A stretch of DNA of 64,000 nt from an uncultured virus (IMG/VR IMGVR_UViG_3300042006_000224) (Duplodnaviria > Heunggongvirae > Uroviricota > Caudoviricetes > Schitoviridae), in the IMG/VR virus record IMGVR_UViG_3300042006_000224, one strand, 5' to 3'. Positions 39,707 to 51,246 of this stretch are shown one piece after another. The position numbers were made by a program, and so were the translations under genes. Position 1 is the stretch's first letter. Each line of letters begins with the position of its first letter. The notes under the pieces are model-generated. The model was not told the origin of the DNA. It saw nothing but the letters and a program-made list of their open reading frames with translations, and searched no databases.

Positions 39707-40960
39707 TCATGACAAAGCGTAATTACTGTGCAGAATCATCTCTGCCAGTTCGTCAGCGTCGTGTTGACCGTCGTAAGTCGGGGTAACACCGGTGATTTGC
39801 TCATAGATGTCCTCAAGTACACGCGCACGGGCCAGATCGGCCATGATTTGTGCATAAGTGAGACGCATCCAGTTGCAATCGTTGGCATGGCACTTGAACT
39901 CATCGTGCACAGTCACGATTTCGAAGGGAACACGAGCCAGTACCTGTGAAGCCAGATGGATCATCTGAGCGATGTGTTTATCGGCCATGTATTGCACGTC
40001 GTCGCAGGTCAGGTAGCTGAACAGGCGAGCGGCCGGCATTTCGCAACCGCCCCAGACAGCAATGAGTTGCTGAGCCATGGTGGTTGCTTCATGCAGGTCT
40101 TGTTCCTCACGTATACCCTTGGCGCGCATGTCTTGCTCATATTGCAGCTCGTATAGTGCGTTCTTCACTGCGACGAAGTTGTAGTTGCAGCGCAGCTCCA
40201 TTTCACGAAGCAGGTAGGCGTCCAGTGAGTGAGTCACGTTGGCCACCAGCTTCAGGTCAGTCTTGGTACCCTCGTTGATGTAATAGTCATAGGTGAACGT
40301 AGCACCGTCCAGCTCATCGACCTCGACGCGCTCACCTTCCACCTTCTGCATCACCTTGATGCGCACGTTGAAGTTGTCCGGGCACACCCAGCGGTGTTCC
40401 AGCGCATACGGCTGCCATGCCAGGCGCAGGTCACCCAGCAGCTCTACGGCTTTCGGGGCTACTTGGCACAGGCCAGCGTAGAAGGCATCCAGCTCTGGCG
40501 TGTCACGTCCGAAGATCTCCCGGGGCGTAGCCTGGGAACCGTACAGTGCAGTCATGGTGGCCTGCTTGGCATCGTTGCGGGAGATGATCAAGTCACCTTC
40601 CAGCATGTCCGAGGCAGCCGCAGTCACCATGGTGTAGGCATCGTTACGCAGGTTGGGGTCGATCAGGTTGGTGGCCAAGCAGCCGGCCAAGCACTTAGTC
40701 ACCACAGACATGATGGACATGCCGGAGCAGGTGGCATCCAAGCCAACCATGTGGCCGATGGCTTCACCGCGGCAGGCACGGTACAGGGCATTAACGGCCT
40801 TGAGGTACAGCGGACGTTCTTTACTGCTGGTTTCGAGGTACGGCAGACGGTTGAAGTTATCCTTCACCCACTGAATTCTCTGTTCGAACAGAAGTTTATC
40901 TAGCCCTGCTTGGTTCCCAATGTCTATGCACAGAAACTCGTAAGCGGAATACTTTTTCAT
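39707..40960 (-). CDS. RNA polymerase II subunit 2 (N4 gp16-like, T7-type C-terminal half)
   Basis: 'LDATCSG' motif A, 'RNDAKQATMTALYG' motif B, 'VHDEF' motif C. Confidence 0.92.
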   Translation of the reverse strand: MKKYSAYEFLCIDIGNQAGLDKLLFEQRIQWVKDNFNRLPYLETSSKERPLYLKAVNALYRACRGEAIGHMVGLDATCSGMSIMSVVTKCLAGCLATNLIDPNLRNDAYTMVTAAASDMLEGDLIISRNDAKQATMTALYGSQATPREIFGRDTPELDAFYAGLCQVAPKAVELLGDLRLAWQPYALEHRWVCPDNFNVRIKVMQKVEGERVEVDELDGATFTYDYYINEGTKTDLKLVANVTHSLDAYLLREMELRCNYNFVAVKNALYELQYEQDMRAKGIREEQDLHEATTMAQQLIAVWGGCEMPAARLFSYLTCDDVQYMADKHIAQMIHLASQVLARVPFEIVTVHDEFKCHANDCNWMRLTYAQIMADLARARVLEDIYEQITGVTPTYDGQHDADELAEMILHSNYALS

Positions 40961-40982
40961 GGATTACTCTCCAATTGGGGAA

Positions 40983-41270
40983 TTAATTCAGAATCATGTC
41001 GGCAAGAATCATTTCTTGCCCTGATGGATCATCATTGAACGGGACACAGGTAATACATACTTGTTTGTTGCCCATCATCTTAAATGTCTGGGCAGCCCAA
41101 CAATTGCCATTGCTAACGAAACAAACGTAATTCACCCCGGTGTTGTTGGGGCCTTCAACTCGCAAACCATGTTCGTACAACACGTCTCGGTGAACGTAGA
41201 AGGTATCCCTGAGAACGCTTAGGTCAACTTCACATTCGACAGGCTTATGGCGGATAAATAGACGGGCCAT
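40983..41270 (-). CDS. Hypothetical protein, paralog of 41279-41569
   Basis: MARLFIRHKPVEC...MILADMILN. Confidence 0.7.
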   Translation of the reverse strand: MARLFIRHKPVECEVDLSVLRDTFYVHRDVLYEHGLRVEGPNNTGVNYVCFVSNGNCWAAQTFKMMGNKQVCITCVPFNDDPSGQEMILADMILN

Positions 41271-41278
41271 CACACCTC

Positions 41279-41569
41279 CTAGTTTAAAAGCATGTCGGCG
41301 AGCAGCATTTGCTGCACACATTCTTGGTCTTCGAGCTTCGAGCATAAAATGCGTACTAAACTCGTGTCCTCATGTGAATGAAGACTTCGCGCCGCCCAAA
41401 CTACTCCTTCGTGCACAATGCACACATAAACACAGTCATTAAGGTACGAATCCAATGAAATACCATTGTTCGTAAGCGATAGCCGTCGGACTACGAACAC
41501 ATGGGGTGCTCGTAGTCCCGGCTGTACATGACAATCGACAGGCTCATGCCTGATGAACAGGCGAGCCAT
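41279..41569 (-). CDS. Hypothetical protein, paralog of 40983-41270
   Basis: MARLFIRHEPVDC...MLLADMLLN. Confidence 0.7.
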   Translation of the reverse strand: MARLFIRHEPVDCHVQPGLRAPHVFVVRRLSLTNNGISLDSYLNDCVYVCIVHEGVVWAARSLHSHEDTSLVRILCSKLEDQECVQQMLLADMLLN

Positions 41570-41985
41570 TACTCAGGCTCGTCTTCGAAGACAAGTTCGG
41601 GATTCTGACGCTTACGCTTCAGATAGCCTTCTTCATTGAGGATAAAGTCCCCAATTTCGTAGATGCTAAGCAACTCTTCACGATTCAACGTGGAAGTGTT
41701 GCCCATGTCGGAAATGACTCCGAAAGTCTTGCCTGAGTGGCCGACATGATAAATCATACCGTTACCACGCTGACGTCCGTTGAGAGTGTACAACTGCGCA
41801 TACAGCACAGGCTCACCGCTGATATTGTGCGCAGAAGCCCACTCAGGGAGCGGACCCAGTTCTATTTCGAACTGCTCAAGTACTTCCCGTGCAGTAGCTA
41901 CAAGTTCAACTTGTTCTGGAGTCGTTGGGTTGACTAAATCAGCCAAAACCTTGAGTGCCAGATACATCATACGATCAGTTTGCAT
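41569..41985 (-). CDS. Hypothetical protein
   Basis: GAGGA SD, ATG at 41985. Confidence 0.65.
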   Translation of the reverse strand: MQTDRMMYLALKVLADLVNPTTPEQVELVATAREVLEQFEIELGPLPEWASAHNISGEPVLYAQLYTLNGRQRGNGMIYHVGHSGKTFGVISDMGNTSTLNREELLSIYEIGDFILNEEGYLKRKRQNPELVFEDEPE

Positions 41986-42087
41986 AATTGAATCCTCGGA
42001 AGGTGCCACACTTGGTGAAACGCATCGAACCGATGCGTCTTGGAGTTTTGATCTCTTTTACTGCTGGTTTTGGTTCAACTTTCTTCT

Positions 42088-43017
42088 TCACAACTGAAAC
42101 TCAGGTGGAACGTCGGTAACGACTTGTTTATGGGAGAACTCCAGCATGGCCTTCTTGTAAGGCGCACCTTGAGTTGAGATGTGATAACCGTTGGCGTAGA
42201 TACGCCCACGTTTATCGTATTTGTGGTGCAAGTAGAACTTATTACCCTGTCCTGCCATCAACAGGTAGAACTCATGTGATTGTCTCTTCTGATTCAACCA
42301 CATGGTTTGTTTCTCGGGAGAATCCAGCTCACTGTTCGGGTCTTCCTCAACAGTGCTCAAGAACTCCAGATCGAGCGACAGTGCGACTGAATTCTTCGAA
42401 TCCAGTACATCAAGGCACACATCGTCGCTGTGATGACCTTTATTCAGGATGACCGAGTCCTGCCCTATGGTCAGGTACGGCGTATCCTTGTTGTGGCGCA
42501 GCTTCTTCGGCGGGTGCACCAGAGGCGGCAGATAGGCGCAGTTGGCGATGTACTCTTCCAACTGAAGGGACAGGGTGATGTTGCTGATGATGTTCCAGCT
42601 CCCGAAGCGGTTAGCCTGGGTCAAGTCGAACAGATCCGTCTCACACAACACGGCCGTTATCTCGGCAATGGTGGTGATGCTGGACTTCTTGTCGTCCCAG
42701 CCCAAGACACCGGCCATACGGGCGGTGAAGCTGGTGAACAGTTCTTCGTGCTGGCAGTAGGCCGACGCCACGATGACATCAATGACCAGCTCACGCAGGT
42801 CCATGCCCCGCAAGCCAGAGATGCGGATGTTCTTGGACTCATAGCTGAAGGTCCGGGCGACCCACTCAGTGAGTAGTTCGACACCCTTATCCAGCAATGG
42901 CTGCACTTCTACGTCGGCAAGGACGTAGTCACGCATGTACTTGTCGATATGATGACGGGCAAAACGGTACTCGTTTGCACGTTGCATATCGTCGGTCAGC
43001 ATAAGGGTAGGTTTCAC
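42088..43017 (-). CDS. RNA polymerase II subunit 1 (N4 gp15-like)
   Basis: 'YLPPLVHPP', 'KYDKRGRIY..GYHI.TQG..YKKA'. Confidence 0.92.
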   Translation of the reverse strand: MKPTLMLTDDMQRANEYRFARHHIDKYMRDYVLADVEVQPLLDKGVELLTEWVARTFSYESKNIRISGLRGMDLRELVIDVIVASAYCQHEELFTSFTARMAGVLGWDDKKSSITTIAEITAVLCETDLFDLTQANRFGSWNIISNITLSLQLEEYIANCAYLPPLVHPPKKLRHNKDTPYLTIGQDSVILNKGHHSDDVCLDVLDSKNSVALSLDLEFLSTVEEDPNSELDSPEKQTMWLNQKRQSHEFYLLMAGQGNKFYLHHKYDKRGRIYANGYHISTQGAPYKKAMLEFSHKQVVTDVPPEFQL

Positions 43018-43027
43018 GGATAATCTC

Positions 43028-46000
43028 CTAGATTACGATCAATGCAGCCATTTTAATTGCATCAGGTACTTTATGGGCGTAAACCCAAGTAGAGCAGTGA
43101 GATGGGTTACCTCTGTGCAAGCAATCCCAGTATTCTTGTGAATTTGTGTAGCGATACTTGAATATCTGCCCTTTTTGGTAATTTGAGTTTACGTAATGCG
43201 GTTCATCATTGAATGAATCAACAACGGACACACTACCGTCAATATTCAGTATAAATATCAGCATAAGCCTCCTAGTTTACTAACAGTGCTGCAAGTTTGA
43301 TTTCTTCAGGCATATCTTTAGGCAGTCTGGCAGACCAGTAGTTATCGACGTACACATGCATTTGATTGTCCGGGGTAATACGATAAATCTTAGTATTGCA
43401 GCATCCTTGTAGGGTCACAGCTCGTTGGGTAGCCTCCCAAATGCCTACAACCTCGAAGTTCAGCTTCTTGCGGTGCATGTACAGCAGTGTATGGGCCATA
43501 AGTCACCTAATTTGTGCAGGTATGCACGACTTGTACAATTTCAGGTAATTGCTCGACGTTAATCGGCAGAAGTGCGTCGAAGTAACTCATCACGTCACTC
43601 TGACGGGTGCCACGTTGTAGAACCCGCCATTGCAATCCTTGAGGCTCAAGGAACCTGACATATAAGTCACCGAAGGGGAATTCAGAGGCTAGAACCGAAG
43701 AGGTTGTAGCCCAATGTTCTTTAAGCAGGCGAATCTCGCCTTCAACTACGTGAACTATCAGTGCCATGTATACCTCCGACAAGTGCCAACATTTTGATCG
43801 GTTCTGGTAATGCCATCGCGGCAGACCAGCCAATCCCATCAGGGTCTGAATATCCCCAACGGGATTGATCCTCCCAGTAGAAATAGTTGAAGTACCACTT
43901 CATTTGCAAAGAGTTTCCTTTAGAAAAACTCAGACGCATCTCAGGCCGGCCGCAGAATACACAGCCAGCCTTGTGTTTGTAGAACTCATCCCAATGTGGG
44001 CGTGAGTCTGCACTTTCAGTTTCAAAGACCGCTACTATCTGATCCTTGGTTTCGTTTAGGACTACCCAGATGCTGTTCATGGCGCCACCAGTTGCATCAT
44101 CAGGATTACGTCAGGCACTGCTGATAAACCCACAGCAGTGAACTTATGCCGCTTGTTTGCGTAACAATATTCGCCTTTGTACCAACGGCGTGCATCATCT
44201 TGCAGATACACCACACAGAATGGGTCATTTTTATGTGCTCCCTCGCATACTTGCATAAATGCGCTGAAAGAATCCCGAGAACTTACTTCGGGAACGTTAT
44301 TGACGATCAGGAATAGAATTCCCATAGATACCGGACAAATGTCTGGTGCCCAAGCATAGTTTCTCATTCGAGCATCATCCTCGTAAGTTTGACGATCTCC
44401 GGCACACGGTTAGTGGCCAACCACTCTTTGATCTGTACTCGCCAGATCAACCACATTTCACGGTTATCGGTGGTCATGTACCAGTGATACAGGGTGATTT
44501 CTGCGTTGACTGCGGCAGTGGCGAACATATATTCACCAATGCCATCAGCTACGGTGGATGCTTCCGCACTAAGCACAGAATCCTGCACTTTGTTGTAAAC
44601 GATGGTGATAGCTTTCATGACAGCATCATCATGGCGACTTTCACCACTTCTGGTATATCCGCGTCTACAACGTAGCTGTACCCTTGTTTTTCAGGTGTCC
44701 ACACTAACCATTGGGCACCATTGAACGAATACACGTCCATATCGTCACGAAGGTACGGAATGTTCAATATCTGAACATCAAGCACCAGTTCCTGCGTATT
44801 ACGGCACCAACCGACTTTCTTTATGCTCATGACAGTAACATGTACGCAAGACGCACAGCCTCCGGTACTTCGTCAGGCTTGAGGGGAACAGCGGTGTAGC
44901 CCGGATATTCGTGAGCGACTTCATAACGGAACCAACGATCTTTGACCTTGATCCCGTACAGCTGCCGATACGGAGAGCGAGGGGCTGACCATGTTTTAGG
45001 GAACGACACGACCTCGCGATCAATCGTGTCATAGACGGCAAAGAACGAACTCATGAGGCCACCATTACGGCCATTCGCACCAGCTCAGGTACGTCAGACT
45101 CCTGTAAGAACATTCCGTCACCATGGAAGCGCTCAAGAACCCAAGACAGGCTCTGACCGTGGTAGTAGGTGTAAGTCCAGTGGGTATCGAACAGGCTGCA
45201 ACTGACATCGCCACCGTCGACCACCTGTTGGGTGACGTAGTCCCAAAGGATCTTGGTACCGGTCACAGGCTTCCCGAAGATGTCGTTCATTTTACTGGTT
45301 TCCAGACTTGGATGTTACCCGGCAGAGGATCGATGAGCCCCTTGAGCAACCACTCAGGTTCGGTGTACCCGGGCCACTCCAGTGCATAGGTCTTGCCACG
45401 GTTGGCCAGGGCCACCGCGGTCAAGTCATGCAGCGCCTTGGACACCAAGCCGATGTTCACCCCGTTGCGGGGAACCTGCATGTGTTGTAGGATGCCCACC
45501 TTGCCAGAACAGCGCAGATAGAACTCACCTCCGTCACCGCACGTCTCCTTGATCCACGCTCCCATCTTCACCTTTAGGGTAGGGTATTTAAGACCCAACA
45601 CCCCGGCCAGACCATTGAGCATAATAAGCTCCCCTGTCTCAGCCTTCAGCTTACTTCCTACACAAATGATGAAATGATCGACTTTGTCGAAGACTTCCAT
45701 CATATCTCCGTAAATAATCTTGTTCATCGCATAATCTCCGCAGTTCGTACAATTTGAGGAACGCTATTCAGCAATTCAGGTTCCCATCGTGCATAAGCGA
45801 TACCCGCAGCAGGGATTGAGTACCAATCTCCATCTCGGGCACGCCACCACAGGTGACAACCTTCATAAGTAGCAACAACCTTGTGCATGTCGGCAATTGA
45901 CCAATTTGCTTGATCTACAAGGATGCCATCGACGTAATCACCGTCCCGGGTGACGTGATACATGAGCATAGCCATGACTTACCTCAACAAGTAGGCCACC

Positions 46001-46585
46001 AACACCACATCAGGCGGTGTTGCAGGTTTCCAGATGGAAAAGCGTATGTCGTTGGTGGCCATCCAAGCCCAACCAAACACAACACGGGTCCATACCCTAC
46101 AGTCAGGGTAATTCTTCGATTCCATCCGATATCCGAACGTATCAGCAGAATCTAGGTGAATAACACCTAGAAGTTCACCATCACGCTCGACATACCAGAC
46201 GGGAGTATCAACCTGCACAGAGCATTGCCACCTGAAGCTCAGGCGGCACCTCATCACGCGGAACTGTCATGAATGATGGACGACGGTACAAAGTACCGAC
46301 ATTCGCATTCTTCCAGCGTATTTCACGCCAAACATGGTCAACACCGGGACGGTAGAACATAACCCGGCATTTACCGAACTTGACGAACGCTTGACGTGCA
46401 TAGACAGCCGCATTGAAATCAGAACGCTCTTCAATATGCTTTACATCACCACTGTGGAACACAGAGCACAGAACTGAGTCTTTGACGTATGCGCGCTTCA
46501 CTACGTTGTTGTTAATGTTCATAGGATCGTGAAGATCTTCCATAGAGTTGAGTGACATACCGGAGTATTGCCCAATTTGGCTCAT
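43028..46585 (-). repeat. Tandem array of 12 small genes sharing a C-terminal VPExV(K/R)xAxLL motif
   Basis: ORFs at 43028, 43272, 43507, 43742, 44077, 44364, 44615, 44827, 45051, 45724, 45979, 46208. Confidence 0.85.
45287..45727 (-). CDS. Macro-domain-like (ADP-ribose binding/processing) protein
   Basis: 'IIYGDM', 'GELIMLNGLAGVLGLKYP', 'ALEWPG' follow the macro-fold pattern, degenerate. Confidence 0.5.
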   Translation of the reverse strand: MNKIIYGDMMEVFDKVDHFIICVGSKLKAETGELIMLNGLAGVLGLKYPTLKVKMGAWIKETCGDGGEFYLRCSGKVGILQHMQVPRNGVNIGLVSKALHDLTAVALANRGKTYALEWPGYTEPEWLLKGLIDPLPGNIQVWKPVK

Positions 46586-47941
46586 ACAGGCTCCAAGACA
46601 CCCAAAGGAGTCATGACATGGGTCATTGTGGTGCCAGTCCACACACATGCCCGCATAATGCGGAACATAGCGAATGAATTGACATATGCTTGCAACTCTT
46701 CGAGGGATTCAGCATGGTGCAGCACACGCTGCCAGCCAGAGCCCTCAAGATGTTTCAGATCGACCGCAAGACACAGCATGCGTGGCACTGTGGTGTACTT
46801 CTCACTACCTTTCTGGCTTTGCACCAGCTCAACGAGCACATGCACGATGAATGCGAGCATTGTCAGGATCATCAACACATCAATGATTGTTTGCATGGTT
46901 ATGCACCTTGTTTGTGAACGGAGCGCAGACGCCCGGTTTCGTTGAGAACAGCTACCTTGAACGCTTTACGGATGCTAAGAATCCGCATTTTGTCAGCAAG
47001 CACGTTATTGAACGCCTGCTGCATGGTGTTCTTACGGAACAGCAGATCATCGAAGTCTTGCTGTAGCCGATTGCGCGCAGCAACACTGTCGTCATACATA
47101 CTGTACAACTTGGTGATGGTATCAGCCTGATTGTCGATAGACTTCATCAGGAACTTACGCATTTGCTCACGCCCCTTCGCAGCGCCCTTACGAACGCCAC
47201 GAGTGTGCAGATTCTTAGCTTTCTGGCTTATAGCTGGATCAAGTGCCTGAGTTGCTGCCGATGCGCACAACATGTGCAGCATTTTCATAGGATCATCGCC
47301 ATGTTTGGAGAAATCCCAGAGGAAATCAACTGTCATGAGTTCAACGATAGCAGCGCGATACTTGTCCGCGAACTTCCAGTTGTTTTCGTACACAGCAGCC
47401 TGATTCTTGGCATCTTCCAGCAGTTCACGCCATTTGGCATCCACAGCTTGCAGGTGGTCACGTTGCAAGGCATTGGCATGCACTTGCTGAGCTTCTTGAC
47501 GGCAATAGCCCCACATTGCCCCTACAACGAGGCAGAACACTGCACCGATAGCACCCCAGCAATACAGATTAATCATTTCCATGGTTTAAACTCCGTAAAG
47601 GTTCAATAAGATATAGATAGCTGCAAACAGGCAGCAGAATTTGGTCATTTGTGCAGCAACGAGCTTCACCACGGGTTATTCCCCCGAGGTCCGCAGTTAG
47701 GCTGAGCTTTCGCCTTATGATGGCGATTGCGCTTACTTCTGGTCTGTTTCACACGCGTCCAGTCGATCATGTCAAACATACCGTAGGATTTGCCCATGCC
47801 TCTCGCTGCTTCGAATAGCACGGTCCCCTCTCGCACACCAACTGCGTAAACTGCAGTCATGTAGTCCTCAAGATGGGAGAAATCGATACCGGTCACAAAT
47901 GCCGGGTACTTCCGTGGACTCAACATACTTGCCTCCAGCAA
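46582..47941 (-). CDS. Three hypothetical early genes (46582-46896, 46899-47582 TM plus coiled coil, 47666-~47860)
   Basis: Co-oriented ORFs. Confidence 0.55.
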
Positions 47942-47982
47942 AAAGGATGGCCACCACCCCCAGAGGGATGATGGCCGTCGGG
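47940..47982 (-). terminator. Terminator after drc
   Basis: GATGGCCA...TGGCCGTC stem next to an A-run. Confidence 0.6.
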
Positions 47983-47983
47983 A

Positions 47984-48316
47984 TTACGTCAGGTCGAGCA
48001 TTGCTTCTTCGTCGGTGCGGGTTGGGTTGAAGCTGAATTCCAGCTTGCTCACCACTTCCGCCAGACGACGCGCTTTCTCAGCCGCGATCTCTTCAGGCGT
48101 GGTGTACTTCTCATCGCCCGGGCGAGTCATACCGAGGTACGCCGCCAGTTGCTCGTGAGAGCGATTGCCCTCAACGAAACGGATGGCATCAACACGGATC
48201 GGCGCACCAGCTTTGGTGGCCATGTTCAGGTTGAAGAAGCCGAGGGTCTTCTTCACGGAATTGCTGCTTTCAGCACGAGCAGGGGCAGCAGCGGTGTTTT
48301 TACGTTCAACAGCCAT
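47984..48316 (-). CDS. drc: Drc-like ssDNA-binding RNAP II cofactor (functional counterpart of N4 gp2)
   Basis: MAVERKN...FFNL..ATKAG..IR...HEQL...VSKL...TRTDEEAMLDL resembles Pseudomonas phage LUZ7 Drc as recalled. Confidence 0.7.
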   Translation of the reverse strand: MAVERKNTAAAPARAESSNSVKKTLGFFNLNMATKAGAPIRVDAIRFVEGNRSHEQLAAYLGMTRPGDEKYTTPEEIAAEKARRLAEVVSKLEFSFNPTRTDEEAMLDLT

Positions 48317-48373
48317 GGGAAATACTCCAGAATAATGGAACAGAATGAGATTTTGTGGCAGATGATTGCCTTT

Positions 48374-48389
48374 ACAGGGCCGAAGGCCC
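48374..48389 (-). promoter_or_regulatory. Candidate vRNAP hairpin promoter
   Basis: ACA-GGGCC-GAA-GGCCC on the template (+) strand upstream of drc. Confidence 0.65.
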
Positions 48390-48408
48390 AGGATCTTACG
48401 GGTGACGC

Positions 48409-48669
48409 TTAATTGGGCACAACAACGCCCAAATTGACAGTGAAGCCTGCATAAATGCATGCAACGTACAGAGCATCGAAGGAAATCTTCCATTCTTGCT
48501 CACGACAGATGAAACCGACCAGATTGTGACCAATGCCGAGAATATCGGCCGCTTCCTTCTGCGACCACGCATTATCTTTAATGATTTTGCGCAATTCACG
48601 AGCAAGCAGTTCTTTCTGGTGACCTAGGCACTGCCTTGCGAAGCAATTGGTGTGTTGGGTTTGTTTCAT
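48409..48669 (-). CDS. XRE-family HTH protein
   Basis: 'WSQKEAADILGIGHNLVGFI'. Confidence 0.7.
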   Translation of the reverse strand: MKQTQHTNCFARQCLGHQKELLARELRKIIKDNAWSQKEAADILGIGHNLVGFICREQEWKISFDALYVACIYAGFTVNLGVVVPN

Positions 48670-50407
48670 AGCTGATCTCCCGGTAATGGCTTCACATTGT
48701 GGGTAGCACGCCATTGCTCGATTCCATTCTGGAAACGTACCCAAGTTTGGGTATCGCGCTCGATTTGGCGAGCATTTGCAGGCGGACGCACCACAACAGC
48801 GATTTCGTCTCCAACAATTACACGTTGGCCTATTAAGTAGCTCATCACTCATACCTCTGGTTTAGGCTACCGCAAGGCCCCAAAAGGGGCACATAGCAGT
48901 ATGGTTTTCATCGCCGAAAAGGGCAATTATTGCATTGTTAGAATATCGGTTTCAGAACTTGAACAAGTTCACCTTTACACCCTGCGAACGCAGGTTGTTG
49001 TACTCGTTGATCGCACGACGCTCAGCCTCAGCCGGAGTAGTGCAAGCAGACTCCTTGCGGATAACAACCAGACGTAGATCACGCATTAAAGCTTGTTGAA
49101 TCGCACCATCCTGCAATAGTGCAGCTTGTTGCGTACAAGTAGTCATGTTCTTGGCCATGGAGTCCATTTCAGTATGGGACACTGCGCATTGCATGTCACT
49201 GGAGAAGTTCATAACGCAGGAGACGAAGTAAGCGGCTAGCATGATTATTCCTTAATCGTTTGGGCGTATTCGCCAAGCAAGTTGGCAATCGTTTCATCAC
49301 TGGTTTCCAGCAAGCCGGCTGCTTTAACAGCAGCATGAACTTCAGCCATTGAATGGGCGCAGTGATACGCCGCTTCAATAATCAAGTACATGGGATCTTC
49401 AGCGCGAAGCCTGGCAATCAGCCCACGATAGAACGTGAGTTGGTAATGCCGATACTCAGGGCTCAGCACAGCCACATGTTGTGGCATGGCCTTAGTGTCA
49501 CGCAGGTATTGGGCCAATGTAACCCAACCACCAAGCAGCGGCAGTATTGCATCCTTCGCATCATTGGCTTCCTGACCGGTGATGTAATCACGCACTGCCA
49601 TCCAATCAAGGTGGCAGCACATGTAAGCATTGCTGTCAGGATCGTTATCGAGCAGGCTCAGGGCCAACTCAAGTGTTTGTGAAACATGCATGGTTAAACC
49701 CTCTTGATGGCGCATTTGATAAGGAAGGTGTCGAGCTGATCATGCAGACGTTTGGCGTCTTCTTTGTTCAGCATCACACTGATCTTTTGATCTTGGGCAT
49801 TGGTCATGACCAAGGCAAACTCCAACAAGGGAGGTCGCTCAATGTCAGTTACATACGTAACTAACGTGTCCTTGGGATTAACAGTGCAATGGTATTGCTC
49901 ACTGATCTGGGGCATGGAGATAACTCCTAACGGGTGAGGATAAACTCACGTACTTGTTGAACATCGTTTAATGTAACTTGAGGCCAGCCCTTATCGTGGA
50001 TAACGGACAGCATCGCCTCTGGTTTGCTGCCATAAGGCGTAAGCATGACACACACTTGTGCAAGTGCGTCCGCAGCATTGTCCTGAGGGATCTGGCTGCT
50101 GATTGTCAGGAACTTCTGGATAATCACTATAGCTTGATCGCCAAGGGTGGCCATGGATATAACTCCTAAGTTAGAACGGAATGTAACCCGCTTGCGCGGC
50201 TTCAAGTTCAGCAATGTGATCAGCAACCAAAACAATGTGATCATCGCTGACAGAGCCGCAAGCAACAGTAAGTTGCATGGCTGCACGCAATGCATCGATC
50301 AACGGCGCACGCGAGCACTGTTTACACAGAAGATCGGCATTAACTTTGAAAGCAGCCTCTTTGTGGCAACCAACAGTAGTGCATTGCATAGTAGATAGAA
50401 AGCCCAT
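48666..50407 (-). CDS. Cluster of six small early hypothetical genes
   Basis: 48666-48848, 48952-49242, 49245-49691, 49694-49915, 49927-50155, 50171-50407. Confidence 0.6.
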
Positions 50408-50458
50408 GGGAATACCCCTAATTGATTAATTGAATACCAACACAGGCCCGACAGGGCA

Positions 50459-50686
50459 TTAACTCAGCATAGCAGCAAGTTTAATGACATCAGGCAGCGC
50501 ATCATCACTGATTTGCTTGGGACACACCTTTGGAGTGTCGGGTTTAATACAGGACCAGCGGAAGTTGTCATTCCACCAGTAATAGGCAACACCACCGTAA
50601 TCATGCAGTGCATCGATCACATCCTCATGCATTGCCAAGCATTCGAACGCTTTAACACTGCCATCAGACAACAACATGTATTCCAT
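50459..50686 (-). CDS. Dispersed member of the VPExxxxAxLL family
   Basis: Ends ...DALPDVIKLAAMLS; GAGG SD. Confidence 0.7.
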   Translation of the reverse strand: MEYMLLSDGSVKAFECLAMHEDVIDALHDYGGVAYYWWNDNFRWSCIKPDTPKVCPKQISDDALPDVIKLAAMLS

Positions 50687-51246
50687 GATGAATACCTCAA
50701 TAGATAACCGGTACATGCCCGAAGGGGAACGATACACCATGGTAATGCATAGGTATGACGAATGGGGATGACAGGATACAGGAATGGGGAAACCATGCAT
50801 TAACACAGCACAGATCCACTGCGTAGCTCACTAAACCTCCCCTATTTCTCCCCCTATGGGGAATAACTCTCGACGAGTGGTATTAGTAGGGGAATCTGCC
50901 CTAAGTGCTCGCTTCGCGTGCAAAGGAAAGGATTCTTCCTCACCAACTGTCTAAAGGGGAGAGAGATGTGTGCTTTGTGTGTGATCTATGTGTGCTTTGA
51001 AAAAAGATGCCTCACCTCCGGAGAGGTAAGGACTTGGTGAAGACGGTATGCAGGTACCAACCAATAGCGATGACAGACCAGACGAAGGCACAGGACAAGG
51101 CAAGGGATTGCTCAAAGGACACGGTTATTCACCTAGATTGGTGGAGAACACCATGTACAGAGCAGTGGTACCGAGAACGACAGTAAAGCCGAGCAAGATA
51201 GCTTGATATGCTAAGGACATGGGATTCTCCTAGTTACGAAGGGTGA

